Origin: an uncultured Candidatus Saccharibacteria bacterium
GTDB lineage: Bacteria > Patescibacteriota > WWE3 > CAZQFB01
Reading direction: 5' to 3'
Assembly: GCA_964592525.1 (NCBI GenBank)
Contig: CAZQFB010000003.1
Coordinates: forward strand, 19,043 to 83,042
DNA length: 64,000 nucleotides
Shown one piece after another: positions 36,836 through 46,245 of this stretch. Within the stretch, counting starts at the first letter, position 1, and each line of letters begins with the position of its first letter. The position numbers and the translations under genes were made by a program. The notes under the pieces are model-generated. The model worked only from the letters and a program-made list of their open reading frames with translations. It had not been told where the DNA came from and did not search any database.

Positions 36836-36867
36836 GAGCAGTGAGGGGTATCTACCCCTCACTGCTC
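36836..36867. terminator. 15-bp perfect hairpin between convergent genes
   Basis: GAGCAGTGAGGGGTA / TACCCCTCACTGCTC. Confidence 0.75.
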
Positions 36868-36877
36868 CTTGTTATAG

Positions 36878-37711
36878 CTAGAGGGACTGGTAATACCTTT
36901 GTGCCTGTCGGGCACTTATTTCAATATCGGGTGTTTCCACACTAACCCAACCAGATACATGCCTATCTTTCAGAGCTTTGAGTAGTTCTTGCCATTTAAA
37001 AGTGTGCTCTTTTGCTAAAGTTTGGTGTTTTAGCTCACCTTTGTCCCCAAAGAGCATGCCACCAAAATGAAGATGCATTTGCTTTAGTTTGTCCTTCCCT
37101 AAGTGCTTACTAATCGTTTGAAGAGACTGTTTAAATAAATCATAACCATTTTGTCGACCCCCAGTCCGAGCATAATAGTGAGTAAAGTCTATGCATACGG
37201 AGGTATTACTACCAAGCTCCTTGGCCACAGCACACAACTGATTCAGATCACCAAATTGACTGGGTTTACCCGTAAGTTCGGGAGCAAGTTGTACGTTTTC
37301 TAACACCTTATCATCAAGCCGAGTTAATACTTCCTGCAAACCTTTTACGACCACAGTAGTGACCTCATCCACACTATCATCATGCATATAAGCAGCATGG
37401 AAGGTGACACTTTTAGCTCCTAACTCATAAGCTTTTGTTAAAGAGGCAATTAGATATTGTTTGCTTTTTTCTATTTTCTCTTGTTCTTTAGAATTAAAAT
37501 TGATCCAATATGGACCATGAACTGTCAAACTCAAATTTAGCTCTTGGGCCTTAGCTCTGACCTTATTTGTTAATTCAGGATTCATCCTGACTCCCTGGAC
37601 AAATTGTATTTCTATACCATCAAGCCCATACTCGGACACTCTTGACAACCCGGCAAGGATATTCGGTGGCTGACTGGATCTTGGTATACCGGGTGAATGA
37701 AACCTTAGCAT
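36878..37711 (-). CDS. Endonuclease IV-like TIM barrel (AP endonuclease family 2)
   Basis: HGPYWIN, FHA, PELTGKPSQFG, CIDFTH, HLHF, GELKH motifs. Confidence 0.85.
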   Translation of the reverse strand: MLRFHSPGIPRSSQPPNILAGLSRVSEYGLDGIEIQFVQGVRMNPELTNKVRAKAQELNLSLTVHGPYWINFNSKEQEKIEKSKQYLIASLTKAYELGAKSVTFHAAYMHDDSVDEVTTVVVKGLQEVLTRLDDKVLENVQLAPELTGKPSQFGDLNQLCAVAKELGSNTSVCIDFTHYYARTGGRQNGYDLFKQSLQTISKHLGKDKLKQMHLHFGGMLFGDKGELKHQTLAKEHTFKWQELLKALKDRHVSGWVSVETPDIEISARQAQRYYQSL

Positions 37712-37766
37712 ATTAATATTTTAACAAAGAGCTGTCCTTCACTATATTAGTATGTTTTGATATGAT

Positions 37767-38828
37767 ATGCAGGACATGAAGAGCAAACGATTCTTTTCAG
37801 TAAGAAGGGTACTAATCTTAATTGTTGCAGGACTTATTGTTTTATGGATAACCAGCAGAAGTCAAGAAACTGTATTAGTAGAGGTCATAAACCCAGAGCA
37901 GCAAAGTCTGGCTATTACCCTCTCTGTATCAGGTGAGGTAGCTGCTAATCATAGTGCCGATATGGGCTTTAATACTACAGGTAAGTTAATTGCTCTTTCG
38001 GTAGCAGAAGGCGAAGCGGTACGTGCAGGTCAAGTATTAGCAGCAGTTGATAGCAGGCAAGCTTCCGAGAGCTTAAATAACGCTGTTATTGCCCGCAATA
38101 AGGCGATAGCGGTTGCCGATGAAATAACTGAAACCTATGGAGAGGATATAACCTGGGGAATTGGGTTTTATAAACTAAGACAAGCTCAACAAGCCATTGA
38201 GCAAGCCGAAACCCAGATCGCTGTTTACCAATCTCAATTGGGTTATACCCAAGTGACTTCACCATTTGATGGCATTGTGCTTGACACTAATAAACAACCT
38301 GGAGAAATTATTAAAATCACCGATACGCAACCCGTAGTGAAAATTGTTGATCTAGCTTCTCTTTATTTTACAGCCCAGGTTGACGAAGAAGATATTGGAC
38401 TAATACAGAAAGGTCAAAAAGTAAATATAACTTTAGATGCTTACGAAGATAAAGGGTACCCTGGATCGGTAGCCCTCATCAAAAGATTTACCACGACAGA
38501 TCCTACCGGAAGTAAGGTTATTGAAGTGGAAATTAGTTTTGATGACCGTTCAAATATGCCAGATATTATAGGTTTAAGTGGTGATGCTGAAATAATGCTG
38601 GAGAATATCCCCACATCACTTACCATTCCCTTAGAGTCAGTTCAATATGACAATGGGCATCCTTACGTTTATTTGGTGGTTAAAAATACTGTACACCAAC
38701 AAAATGTTGAGCTTGGTAAGGATAACGATGAGCTGGTTCAAATTATTCAAGGTTTAGAACCCGATGACATAATAGTTTTTGATTCCAACGCACCTCTTGA
38801 GGAAGGCACCAGCATAAAAATAAGGTGA
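37767..38828 (+). CDS. Efflux membrane-fusion (MacA-like) adaptor
   Basis: V.EGEAVRAGQVLA, SPFDGIV, VDEEDI motifs. Confidence 0.88.
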   Translation: MQDMKSKRFFSVRRVLILIVAGLIVLWITSRSQETVLVEVINPEQQSLAITLSVSGEVAANHSADMGFNTTGKLIALSVAEGEAVRAGQVLAAVDSRQASESLNNAVIARNKAIAVADEITETYGEDITWGIGFYKLRQAQQAIEQAETQIAVYQSQLGYTQVTSPFDGIVLDTNKQPGEIIKITDTQPVVKIVDLASLYFTAQVDEEDIGLIQKGQKVNITLDAYEDKGYPGSVALIKRFTTTDPTGSKVIEVEISFDDRSNMPDIIGLSGDAEIMLENIPTSLTIPLESVQYDNGHPYVYLVVKNTVHQQNVELGKDNDELVQIIQGLEPDDIIVFDSNAPLEEGTSIKIR

Positions 38829-38834
38829 CCTTGC

Positions 38835-39503
38835 ATGTTTATCTATACCAAAGATCTTACCAAAACCTATATTCTTAGTGATACCGTTAAAGTTGAAGCT
38901 CTTAAAGGTGTTTCCATTTCAATTGAAGAGCGTGAGTTTGTAGCGATCATGGGTGCTTCGGGAAGTGGAAAATCAACTTTACTGAATCTGATTGGTTGCC
39001 TAGACACACCAACTTCAGGATCCTATCTTTTGGATAAATTAAATATTGATATGGACGCTAACTTAGCTAGAATCAGACGAGAGAAGATTGGCTTTATTTT
39101 TCAATCATTTAATCTCATTCCGCAATTAACCGCCCTGCAAAATGTGGAAGTACCGATGATCTATGCTGGTTTAAATCCCAATGACCGGCGTGATATCGCC
39201 CTTCAGCTTCTTACTGATGTCGGTTTAGCTGACAGATCACAACACCACCCAAATGAATTATCTGGGGGTCAAAAACAACGGGTCGCGATTGCCAGAGCTT
39301 TAGCTAACAATCCGCAACTAATTATTGCTGATGAACCGACCGGTAACCTAGACAGTGTCACCGCCGATGCCATTATTAATCTGTTAGCTAAGCTTAATGA
39401 GGATGGTAAAACGATTGTCATGGTCACCCATGAAGAAGATATTGGTCAACACGCCCATAGAATTATTAGATTGCACGATGGAGAGGTAGTAAACACAAAC
39501 TAA
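38835..39503 (+). CDS. ABC transporter ATP-binding protein (LolD/MacB-type)
   Basis: [31 protein letters not shown] motifs. Confidence 0.95.
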   Translation: MFIYTKDLTKTYILSDTVKVEALKGVSISIEEREFVAIMGASGSGKSTLLNLIGCLDTPTSGSYLLDKLNIDMDANLARIRREKIGFIFQSFNLIPQLTALQNVEVPMIYAGLNPNDRRDIALQLLTDVGLADRSQHHPNELSGGQKQRVAIARALANNPQLIIADEPTGNLDSVTADAIINLLAKLNEDGKTIVMVTHEEDIGQHAHRIIRLHDGEVVNTN

Positions 39504-40708
39504 TGGAAATGTATTGGGAAAATGTCCTTATTGCCTTTAGATCACTCAAAGCGAACAAGGTTAGATCTTTTCTGACGGTTTTAGGTACTACTATTGGTGT
39601 GTTTGCGGTGATCATGATTATTGCCATTGTCACTGGTTTAAAAGATGATATTAGATCACAAATTGTTAGTTTAGGTGCGGATGTATTGGATATTATCCCT
39701 GCTGATGCAAATCAATATGGTCCAGGTTCGGAGCAAATGTTTGCTACTTTTAAGCGCAGTGAGGTTGAAGAAATGAAGGACAGGAAAGATCTCTATCGCT
39801 ACTTTAGTGAAATGTATACCGTTAGTGGTAATTTTAACTATAAAGATGAAGAAAAGTCTGGTTTTGTTGTTGGGGTAACCCCAGAGTACTTCACCATGGG
39901 TGATCGACAAGCAATTGCCGGTGAATTATTTGCTAAAAAAGAAGAAAAAGCAGCTAAAAAAACGGCAGTGTTAGGTGTTAAAGCGGCCGAAGATTTGTTT
40001 GGTTCACCCGCAAGAAGTATTGGTAAAGAGTTTAAGATCAATGGTAACGATTTCAAGATCATGGGCGTATTAGAAGCCCAAGATATTAAGTTTGGTAGTT
40101 TTGATATTGATGATGCTGTGTATGTGCCTGCTACCACCGCTTATAAGTCTTTAGAGAATAGTCGGTTGCAGGAGGTGTTGCTTACTGTGCCAGATGAATC
40201 TCGCTTGGATTATTACCAGCTTGAATGGGAGAAGGAATTAAAGCAGATAAGAGGGGATGACGATTTTACGGTAATGGCACAAGAAGATCTGCTGGATATG
40301 GTCGATAGGATCATGAGCATGATCACTACCGCTCTAGGAGGTATTGCTTCAATCTCACTACTAGTTGGGGGCATCGGTATTATGAACATCATGTTGGTCT
40401 CGGTAACAGAAAGAACCAGGGAGATTGGGATTAGAAAAGCCGTTGGGGCTGAAGATAAACATATTCTGACCCAATTCTTGATAGAATCAATTACCCTTTC
40501 AATTCTAGGCGGAGTTATTGGCTTAATCTTAGTATTTATTGTTTCCCTCCCGCTACAAAAGTTTTTTAGCATTAGTTCACTGGTTACCGTACCTGTGATT
40601 TTAGGAGCTATTGGTTTTTCTGTGTTTGTGGGAGTAGTGTTTGGTACAGCCCCTGCCTATAAAGCAGCTAAAAAAGACCCGATTGAGGCTTTAAGTTACA
40701 ACCAGTAA
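39503..40708 (+). CDS. MacB/FtsX-family ABC permease
   Basis: GGIGIMNIMLVSVTERTREIGIRKAVGA motif. Confidence 0.95.
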   Translation: MEMYWENVLIAFRSLKANKVRSFLTVLGTTIGVFAVIMIIAIVTGLKDDIRSQIVSLGADVLDIIPADANQYGPGSEQMFATFKRSEVEEMKDRKDLYRYFSEMYTVSGNFNYKDEEKSGFVVGVTPEYFTMGDRQAIAGELFAKKEEKAAKKTAVLGVKAAEDLFGSPARSIGKEFKINGNDFKIMGVLEAQDIKFGSFDIDDAVYVPATTAYKSLENSRLQEVLLTVPDESRLDYYQLEWEKELKQIRGDDDFTVMAQEDLLDMVDRIMSMITTALGGIASISLLVGGIGIMNIMLVSVTERTREIGIRKAVGAEDKHILTQFLIESITLSILGGVIGLILVFIVSLPLQKFFSISSLVTVPVILGAIGFSVFVGVVFGTAPAYKAAKKDPIEALSYNQ

Positions 40709-40835
40709 TCCTATGGGATATTAGGTACGAGATGACTTGGTGACACTTATAACTCATTAGGATTAATGATGTGTGTCTGCTCTTATAACAACTGCACTTT
40801 TTACCGCTCACTTCTCAATGTGCTAGGATTAAACT

Positions 40836-42221
40836 ATGAAGCCCTTACCAGTTAAAGACTTACCGAAAGCCTTACCCCTAAAAAGGTTAATTGGACCATC
40901 TTTTATTTTACTGGGTTTGGGTTTGGGAAGCGGCGAAGTCATACTGTGGCCGTATTTAACCTCTAATTATGGTTTAGGTATCATTTGGGGCGCTCTGCTT
41001 GGCTTGACCTTTCAATTTTTTATGAATATGGAAATTGAACGCTATGCCTTAATTAACGGCGAAAGTATCTTTGTTGGTTTTGCCCGTAAATGCCGATTAC
41101 TTCCCTGGTGGTTTATTATCTCAACCTTTATCCCTTGGCTCTGGCCCGGTATAGCAGTTTCTTCTGCTACACTTTTAGGAAGTGCGTTTGGCTATCAAAA
41201 TTACTCTATTTTAGCGATTATCTTGATCTTAATTATGGGTCTTATACTCACTTTAGGTCCAGTCTTATATAAAACATTAGAAAACTTTCAAAAAATGGTT
41301 ATTTTTGTTGGTGTACCAACCATTCTTGTTTTAAGTATCTTTTTAGCTGATAAAAGTGATTATTTGAGTCTGCTTAAAGGAAGTCTGGGAGTCGGCGAGG
41401 GATATCTGTGGTTACCAATTGGTATCCCTTTGGCTTCGTTCTTGGCTGCTTTAGCTTATTCTGGAGCGGGAGGCAATTTAAATCTAGCACAATCTTTCTA
41501 CATTCGTGAAAAAGGTTACGGTATGGGCAAATATGCTGGTAAAATCACTGGTTTGTTAACCGGTAAGTCAGAAAACCTAATTCTCACCGGTAATACCTTT
41601 AAGCTTATAAAAGCCAATCTTCGTGAATTTCAGCAATGGTGGCGTAATATTAATATTGAGCATTTTCTGATTTTTTGGCTTACGGGTTCTGTGACCATTC
41701 TTCTTTTAGGTTTGCTTTCCTATGTCACTACTTATGGTATGCCCGGCAATCAAGAAGGTATTACCTTTGTCATCAGAGAGGCAGAGCAGATTGGCAGAAT
41801 GACGTTACCAATATTTGGTATTGCCTTTTTGTTAGTTACCGGCCTCACTCTGTTTGGAACACAAATGACTGTTTATGATGCCACCAGCCGCATATTAACC
41901 GAAAACATTCTACTAGCCTATCCTAATATTAACCGGGGTCACTCAATCCGCAAACTTTATTATGGAGTTCTGTGGTGGCAATTATTGGCAGCCATTATGG
42001 TTATATTACTGGGTTTTAACCAACCCCTACAATTATTAATACTAGCAGCAGTACTTAATGCCGTAGCCATGTTTATTCATATTGGTTTGACAGTGTGGGT
42101 TAATAAAACTCTCTTACATCAGACACTCCAACCCAACCAATTTAGGCTGATTATGATGCTTCTAGCCTTTATATTTTACGGTAGCTTTAGCCTATATACA
42201 ATTTATAATTATTTAACTTAA
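40836..42221 (+). CDS. Nramp-like/APC superfamily transporter
   Basis: GPSFILLGLGLGSGEVILWP; about 11 TM. Confidence 0.78.
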   Translation: MKPLPVKDLPKALPLKRLIGPSFILLGLGLGSGEVILWPYLTSNYGLGIIWGALLGLTFQFFMNMEIERYALINGESIFVGFARKCRLLPWWFIISTFIPWLWPGIAVSSATLLGSAFGYQNYSILAIILILIMGLILTLGPVLYKTLENFQKMVIFVGVPTILVLSIFLADKSDYLSLLKGSLGVGEGYLWLPIGIPLASFLAALAYSGAGGNLNLAQSFYIREKGYGMGKYAGKITGLLTGKSENLILTGNTFKLIKANLREFQQWWRNINIEHFLIFWLTGSVTILLLGLLSYVTTYGMPGNQEGITFVIREAEQIGRMTLPIFGIAFLLVTGLTLFGTQMTVYDATSRILTENILLAYPNINRGHSIRKLYYGVLWWQLLAAIMVILLGFNQPLQLLILAAVLNAVAMFIHIGLTVWVNKTLLHQTLQPNQFRLIMMLLAFIFYGSFSLYTIYNYLT

Positions 42222-42254
42222 ACACAAAACCTGCTAAGCCAGCAGGTTTTGTGT
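42221..42254. terminator. Bidirectional terminator
   Basis: ACACAAAACCTGCT / AGCAGGTTTTGTGT between convergent genes. Confidence 0.8.
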
Positions 42255-42271
42255 GTAATTAAATAAGCTGC

Positions 42272-42466
42272 TTATTTTTTATTGTTGAAGTTTATTAGCT
42301 CATACACAGCAGCTAAGCCAACTAAAACATAAACAATTAAATTAAGAGGCGCAAATGCCCCAAACAGCATATTCACCAAATCGTACCCAAAAGCATATAA
42401 ACCCCAGTTAAGACCTCCAATGATAAGTAAAACCAGTGAAACTTTGTCTAATTGAGTTTTGTTCAT
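42272..42466 (-). CDS. DUF378 family small membrane protein
   Basis: LLIIGGLNWGL, DLV, IVYVLVGLAAVY motifs. Confidence 0.88.
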   Translation of the reverse strand: MNKTQLDKVSLVLLIIGGLNWGLYAFGYDLVNMLFGAFAPLNLIVYVLVGLAAVYELINFNNKK

Positions 42467-42528
42467 CTGATACTCACCACCTTTCAATGAAGATATACTT
42501 TATTTTACACCAAAACCAGCTAGCAGCA

Positions 42529-43989
42529 CTACTTTATCCACAGACGGACATCAGCTACGCGTGGTATTTCTTGGTACTCATTTTTCTTTATATAGGAGTC
42601 AAAGGCGTGATTGAGTTTAGGATCCTTAATCGCGTCGCGATCTAAATCAACAATTAAATCTGGTGGCTGTTTATTTAAATAGGTCTCTAAATCTGCATCT
42701 GTAAGGTGTTCTTGTAACTGAAATAAGGTTAGATACCGACCACTGGGTAAAACCCCAGATTGAGCATATAGTTGTGGTAAATCACCAATAATCAATATTT
42801 GTTGGTTTGGTAGTACACTATGCTTAAGATAATTACCTAATTGTTCGATTCGCCACATACGCTGGTCAAAATATTGCTGGTAAGTTTCCACACTTATTTG
42901 CTTACTTTGGAATTGCATAAAATTATGATAATAAGACCACACCGGAACAGCGCTGAAATTGTAGAGGTTAAATACGTAAATAAAGAATAAGGTAAAGATT
43001 ATTGATACTACCTTATCTTTCGTAAGACTAAAGAGCACGGCTAGGGTGAGGGCTAAGGAAGGGGCGACTTGAACTAAATAATGAGGGTAAGAACGATTGG
43101 ATAAAGTGACCGCAAAGAGGGTGGCGAGAAGCCAGATTAATGCTACCAGGGTTAGCTGACTAAGCCTCCTTTTTAGAAGTATTAACGCTAATAAAAACAA
43201 TGCCCAAATTATTATTTTGGGTAACCAACTTAAAGATAGACTACCCCAGACTAGGGGAGGTGAAAAGACCTCAATATACCCCTGGTTATAAATTAAAGTA
43301 CTGTAAACAAAAGCGCCTAAAGCCTGCTTGCTTAAGAAATACATAATCGTTACCAGCCAGGGCAGCAATAACCCAGTGATACTAACCATTAATTCGCTTA
43401 CTAAATAAGTCATGTTAGCGGGGGGTCTTAACACTAAAATGATCAAGAGCAAAGTGAAAAAATCAAACAGGGCAACAGCTTTAATTAGCGTGGCAAGACC
43501 ACATAGTAACCCTGCGCCAAAAAGCCATCGGTAGGCACTTGCTGGGCTTTTATTTAAATAGCACCACCCCAAGTAAAAAGCACCAATGACAAAAGGTGAC
43601 ATTAATATTTCTGCATTGGTAATGTTACCTTCCCACACTGGCGTAGCAGTAAGTAATACCAACAGCAAGGTAGCTAAAAAAGCAATGTTGTTTCGCCCAC
43701 CTATTTTCTTAGTTAAATGGAAAAAGAGAAACACACTCACAAACTGACTAACTAAAGCTATTAAACGAAAGACCCATAATGAGGGAGAAAGTAACGCTAG
43801 CCAGTATATACCAGGTGGCTTGTTATCAAATATGTCTTGGTATAATAACCAACCGTGGCGTAGACATCGACCAATCGTCAGATACATAGCTTCATCTAAA
43901 TACCAATAAGGCTCAAACAAAGAGGGCAGCCTTAATAGCACTAGCAAGATTAAAATTAGTATTAAAGACCGGGGGAAATAGGTTTTCAT
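42529..43989 (-). CDS. GT-C (ArnT/PMT-like) glycosyltransferase
   Basis: DEAMY, LYQDIFDNKPPGIY motifs; polytopic. Confidence 0.85.
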   Translation of the reverse strand: MKTYFPRSLILILILLVLLRLPSLFEPYWYLDEAMYLTIGRCLRHGWLLYQDIFDNKPPGIYWLALLSPSLWVFRLIALVSQFVSVFLFFHLTKKIGGRNNIAFLATLLLVLLTATPVWEGNITNAEILMSPFVIGAFYLGWCYLNKSPASAYRWLFGAGLLCGLATLIKAVALFDFFTLLLIILVLRPPANMTYLVSELMVSITGLLLPWLVTIMYFLSKQALGAFVYSTLIYNQGYIEVFSPPLVWGSLSLSWLPKIIIWALFLLALILLKRRLSQLTLVALIWLLATLFAVTLSNRSYPHYLVQVAPSLALTLAVLFSLTKDKVVSIIFTLFFIYVFNLYNFSAVPVWSYYHNFMQFQSKQISVETYQQYFDQRMWRIEQLGNYLKHSVLPNQQILIIGDLPQLYAQSGVLPSGRYLTLFQLQEHLTDADLETYLNKQPPDLIVDLDRDAIKDPKLNHAFDSYIKKNEYQEIPRVADVRLWIK

Positions 43990-46196
43990 TATCCCTCAAC
44001 TTTATGCCATCCAAACATACGTCGCAAAGCAGATAAGACTTGACCAGTGTAGGATGGTTTATTGGGGGATTGTAATCTAAACTGATAGGCCTTTTCAATG
44101 ACTGGTAAGGATAATGAAAATCGCTGCGCAGTACTGATTGTCCATTCTCCTTCTCCGGTGTGATCTACCTCACTACTAATGCCTTTTAAATCAACTCCAA
44201 ACTCAAGGTAGGCTTTACCTAGCCAGGAAATTAGGGCTGAATCAATAATACTACCCTCATCATAAATCTGCGCAATACGGGCTAAGGGTAATGAGTACTC
44301 ACCTTGATGCAAGAGGGTAAAGCCTTCCGCAATCGCTTGCATCATACCGTATTCAATGCCATTGTGGACCATTTTAACAAAATGACCAGCACCAGAAGCA
44401 CCCATATAGCCATAACTATTATTCGTGGACAAGTTTTTAAAAAGAGCTTCATATCTCTCAAAAACCTGACGATCTCCACCAATCATCAACGAAGCGCCTT
44501 TAAGAGTACTTTCTGGCCCACCATTAACCCCGCAATCTAAAAAATTAATACCATGGTGTTTAAATTCTTGGTATCGTCTGACTGACTCTTGGTAATAAGA
44601 ATTACCCCCATCTATGACCGTGTCTCCTGGCTCAAGTAAAGGTAGTAATTCGGCAATTTTTTTATCAACCTGCTGATAAGGTAACATCAACCAAATTATC
44701 CGTGGTGTTTTAAGTTGTCTGACTAGCTCATCAGTAGCAAAGACGGGTGTAATTGTATTGGCTAGTGCTTCTACCTTTTCCGTTACCTTATCAGTTCCGA
44801 TTACTTCCCACTGAAAACTTGCCAACCTCTTAGCGATACCACTGCCCATCTTGCCTAAACCGATTAAACCCAATTGTGGTTTAGTATGAGGTGTTGCTTG
44901 TTTACCCGCTAAGATATTACGAGTGGCTTCTTTATAAAGCTCCACTTGTGGCTGATTGAAGGCATTAATATTCAACAACTTAGCTAAGTAGGTAATTTCA
45001 ATCATTTTAAACTGTAAAAACGAACCCAGCTCGGCTTCCGTTAGCTGTTCCAGTTCAAGTTCCATAAAAGGCAGCCCTAGTTGTTGGTAACTTTGCACGG
45101 TACCTTTTTGTATAGCCAAACTAATTTGATTAACATTTAAGCCAGAAACCTCCGGTAATACTTTGGCAAAAGAAAATTTAGTCGCAACTACAGGACCGGG
45201 TAGAGGATTATTAATGGTAATAAAGGTGGTTATTTTATCCCTGGGTCCAGCCATATTTAACTGCAACATACTATGTAAATCGATTGATCCGATAGATACC
45301 GTTGGGGTGATGCCAACATTGACTAGATCATTATGGTCATTAACTAATTTACCCAAACTCTCGGCCATAAGCTGGCGGTACCATTTACCTAAGGATTCTA
45401 GTTCGGGGGCAAAATAAAAGTGATCACTGATATTATTACCCTGAAGATAGAGATGATACTGAATACAGGCTGATAATAAGGCTGGGTTTTCCAAAGCACC
45501 TTGTTTTAAACAGGAAGGCGTAATTTCAGAAGCTCCCTTAATCAAAGAGTCAATGTCTATCACAAAACTTAACGGTACTAAACCCGCGGCTGAAAACACA
45601 CAAAAGCGCCCGACTATTTTATCTGGTATAGCCATAAAAGGTAATTGTTTTTGCTGTGCATACTCAAACAACGGGGAACCAGCTTGAGAAATAATAAGCA
45701 CCCTTTGAGCAAAAAGTGGGAATTGCTGGCTAATAACATCAAGGTTAATAAGTGTTTCTGTGGTGGTACCAGACTTGCTAATAACAATAAAGAGCACTTT
45801 TTCGGGAGCAGATACTTCCTGATTTAAAAATTGATTTAAAGAGTTAAGCAAAGAGCTGTTAGTAGTATCAGCAAAGATAATTTTGGGGTATTTATTGGGG
45901 TTAAGATGTTCATAATAACCTTGCAGGGCATCATAGATGGCTTTGGCTCCTAGGTTAGAACCCCCAATACCAATCAGCACTAGGTAACTAAGTCCCTCAT
46001 GACTATATTGTTGTCTGATCGCTTTAACTTGATTTAATAAATTTTGATCAAAGGGGAGCTTAATAAAACTGGTAAAGCCTTCATCAGCCGACGAGGTATT
46101 TAGCTTGTTAATATAATCAGTTAAAGAATCAGCTAATTTAGTTAGTTCGGTGGTCGCAATGCCATGGGTTTGGGCAGTAGCTTTTAGCTTCAGCAT
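43989..46196 (-). CDS. Fused glucose-6-phosphate isomerase / 6-phosphogluconate dehydrogenase
   Basis: N-half IGIGGSNLG, SKSGTTTET, GRF, QLMAESLGK, NQPQVE..K; C-half GLIGLGKMG, IDGGNS, GHFVKMVHNGIEY, LRRMFGWH. Confidence 0.9.
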   Translation of the reverse strand: MLKLKATAQTHGIATTELTKLADSLTDYINKLNTSSADEGFTSFIKLPFDQNLLNQVKAIRQQYSHEGLSYLVLIGIGGSNLGAKAIYDALQGYYEHLNPNKYPKIIFADTTNSSLLNSLNQFLNQEVSAPEKVLFIVISKSGTTTETLINLDVISQQFPLFAQRVLIISQAGSPLFEYAQQKQLPFMAIPDKIVGRFCVFSAAGLVPLSFVIDIDSLIKGASEITPSCLKQGALENPALLSACIQYHLYLQGNNISDHFYFAPELESLGKWYRQLMAESLGKLVNDHNDLVNVGITPTVSIGSIDLHSMLQLNMAGPRDKITTFITINNPLPGPVVATKFSFAKVLPEVSGLNVNQISLAIQKGTVQSYQQLGLPFMELELEQLTEAELGSFLQFKMIEITYLAKLLNINAFNQPQVELYKEATRNILAGKQATPHTKPQLGLIGLGKMGSGIAKRLASFQWEVIGTDKVTEKVEALANTITPVFATDELVRQLKTPRIIWLMLPYQQVDKKIAELLPLLEPGDTVIDGGNSYYQESVRRYQEFKHHGINFLDCGVNGGPESTLKGASLMIGGDRQVFERYEALFKNLSTNNSYGYMGASGAGHFVKMVHNGIEYGMMQAIAEGFTLLHQGEYSLPLARIAQIYDEGSIIDSALISWLGKAYLEFGVDLKGISSEVDHTGEGEWTISTAQRFSLSLPVIEKAYQFRLQSPNKPSYTGQVLSALRRMFGWHKVEG

Positions 46197-46245
46197 AGTG
46201 CAAGGTCTATACTCAAAGCATACACTGGCAACGTAGCTAGGGCAA

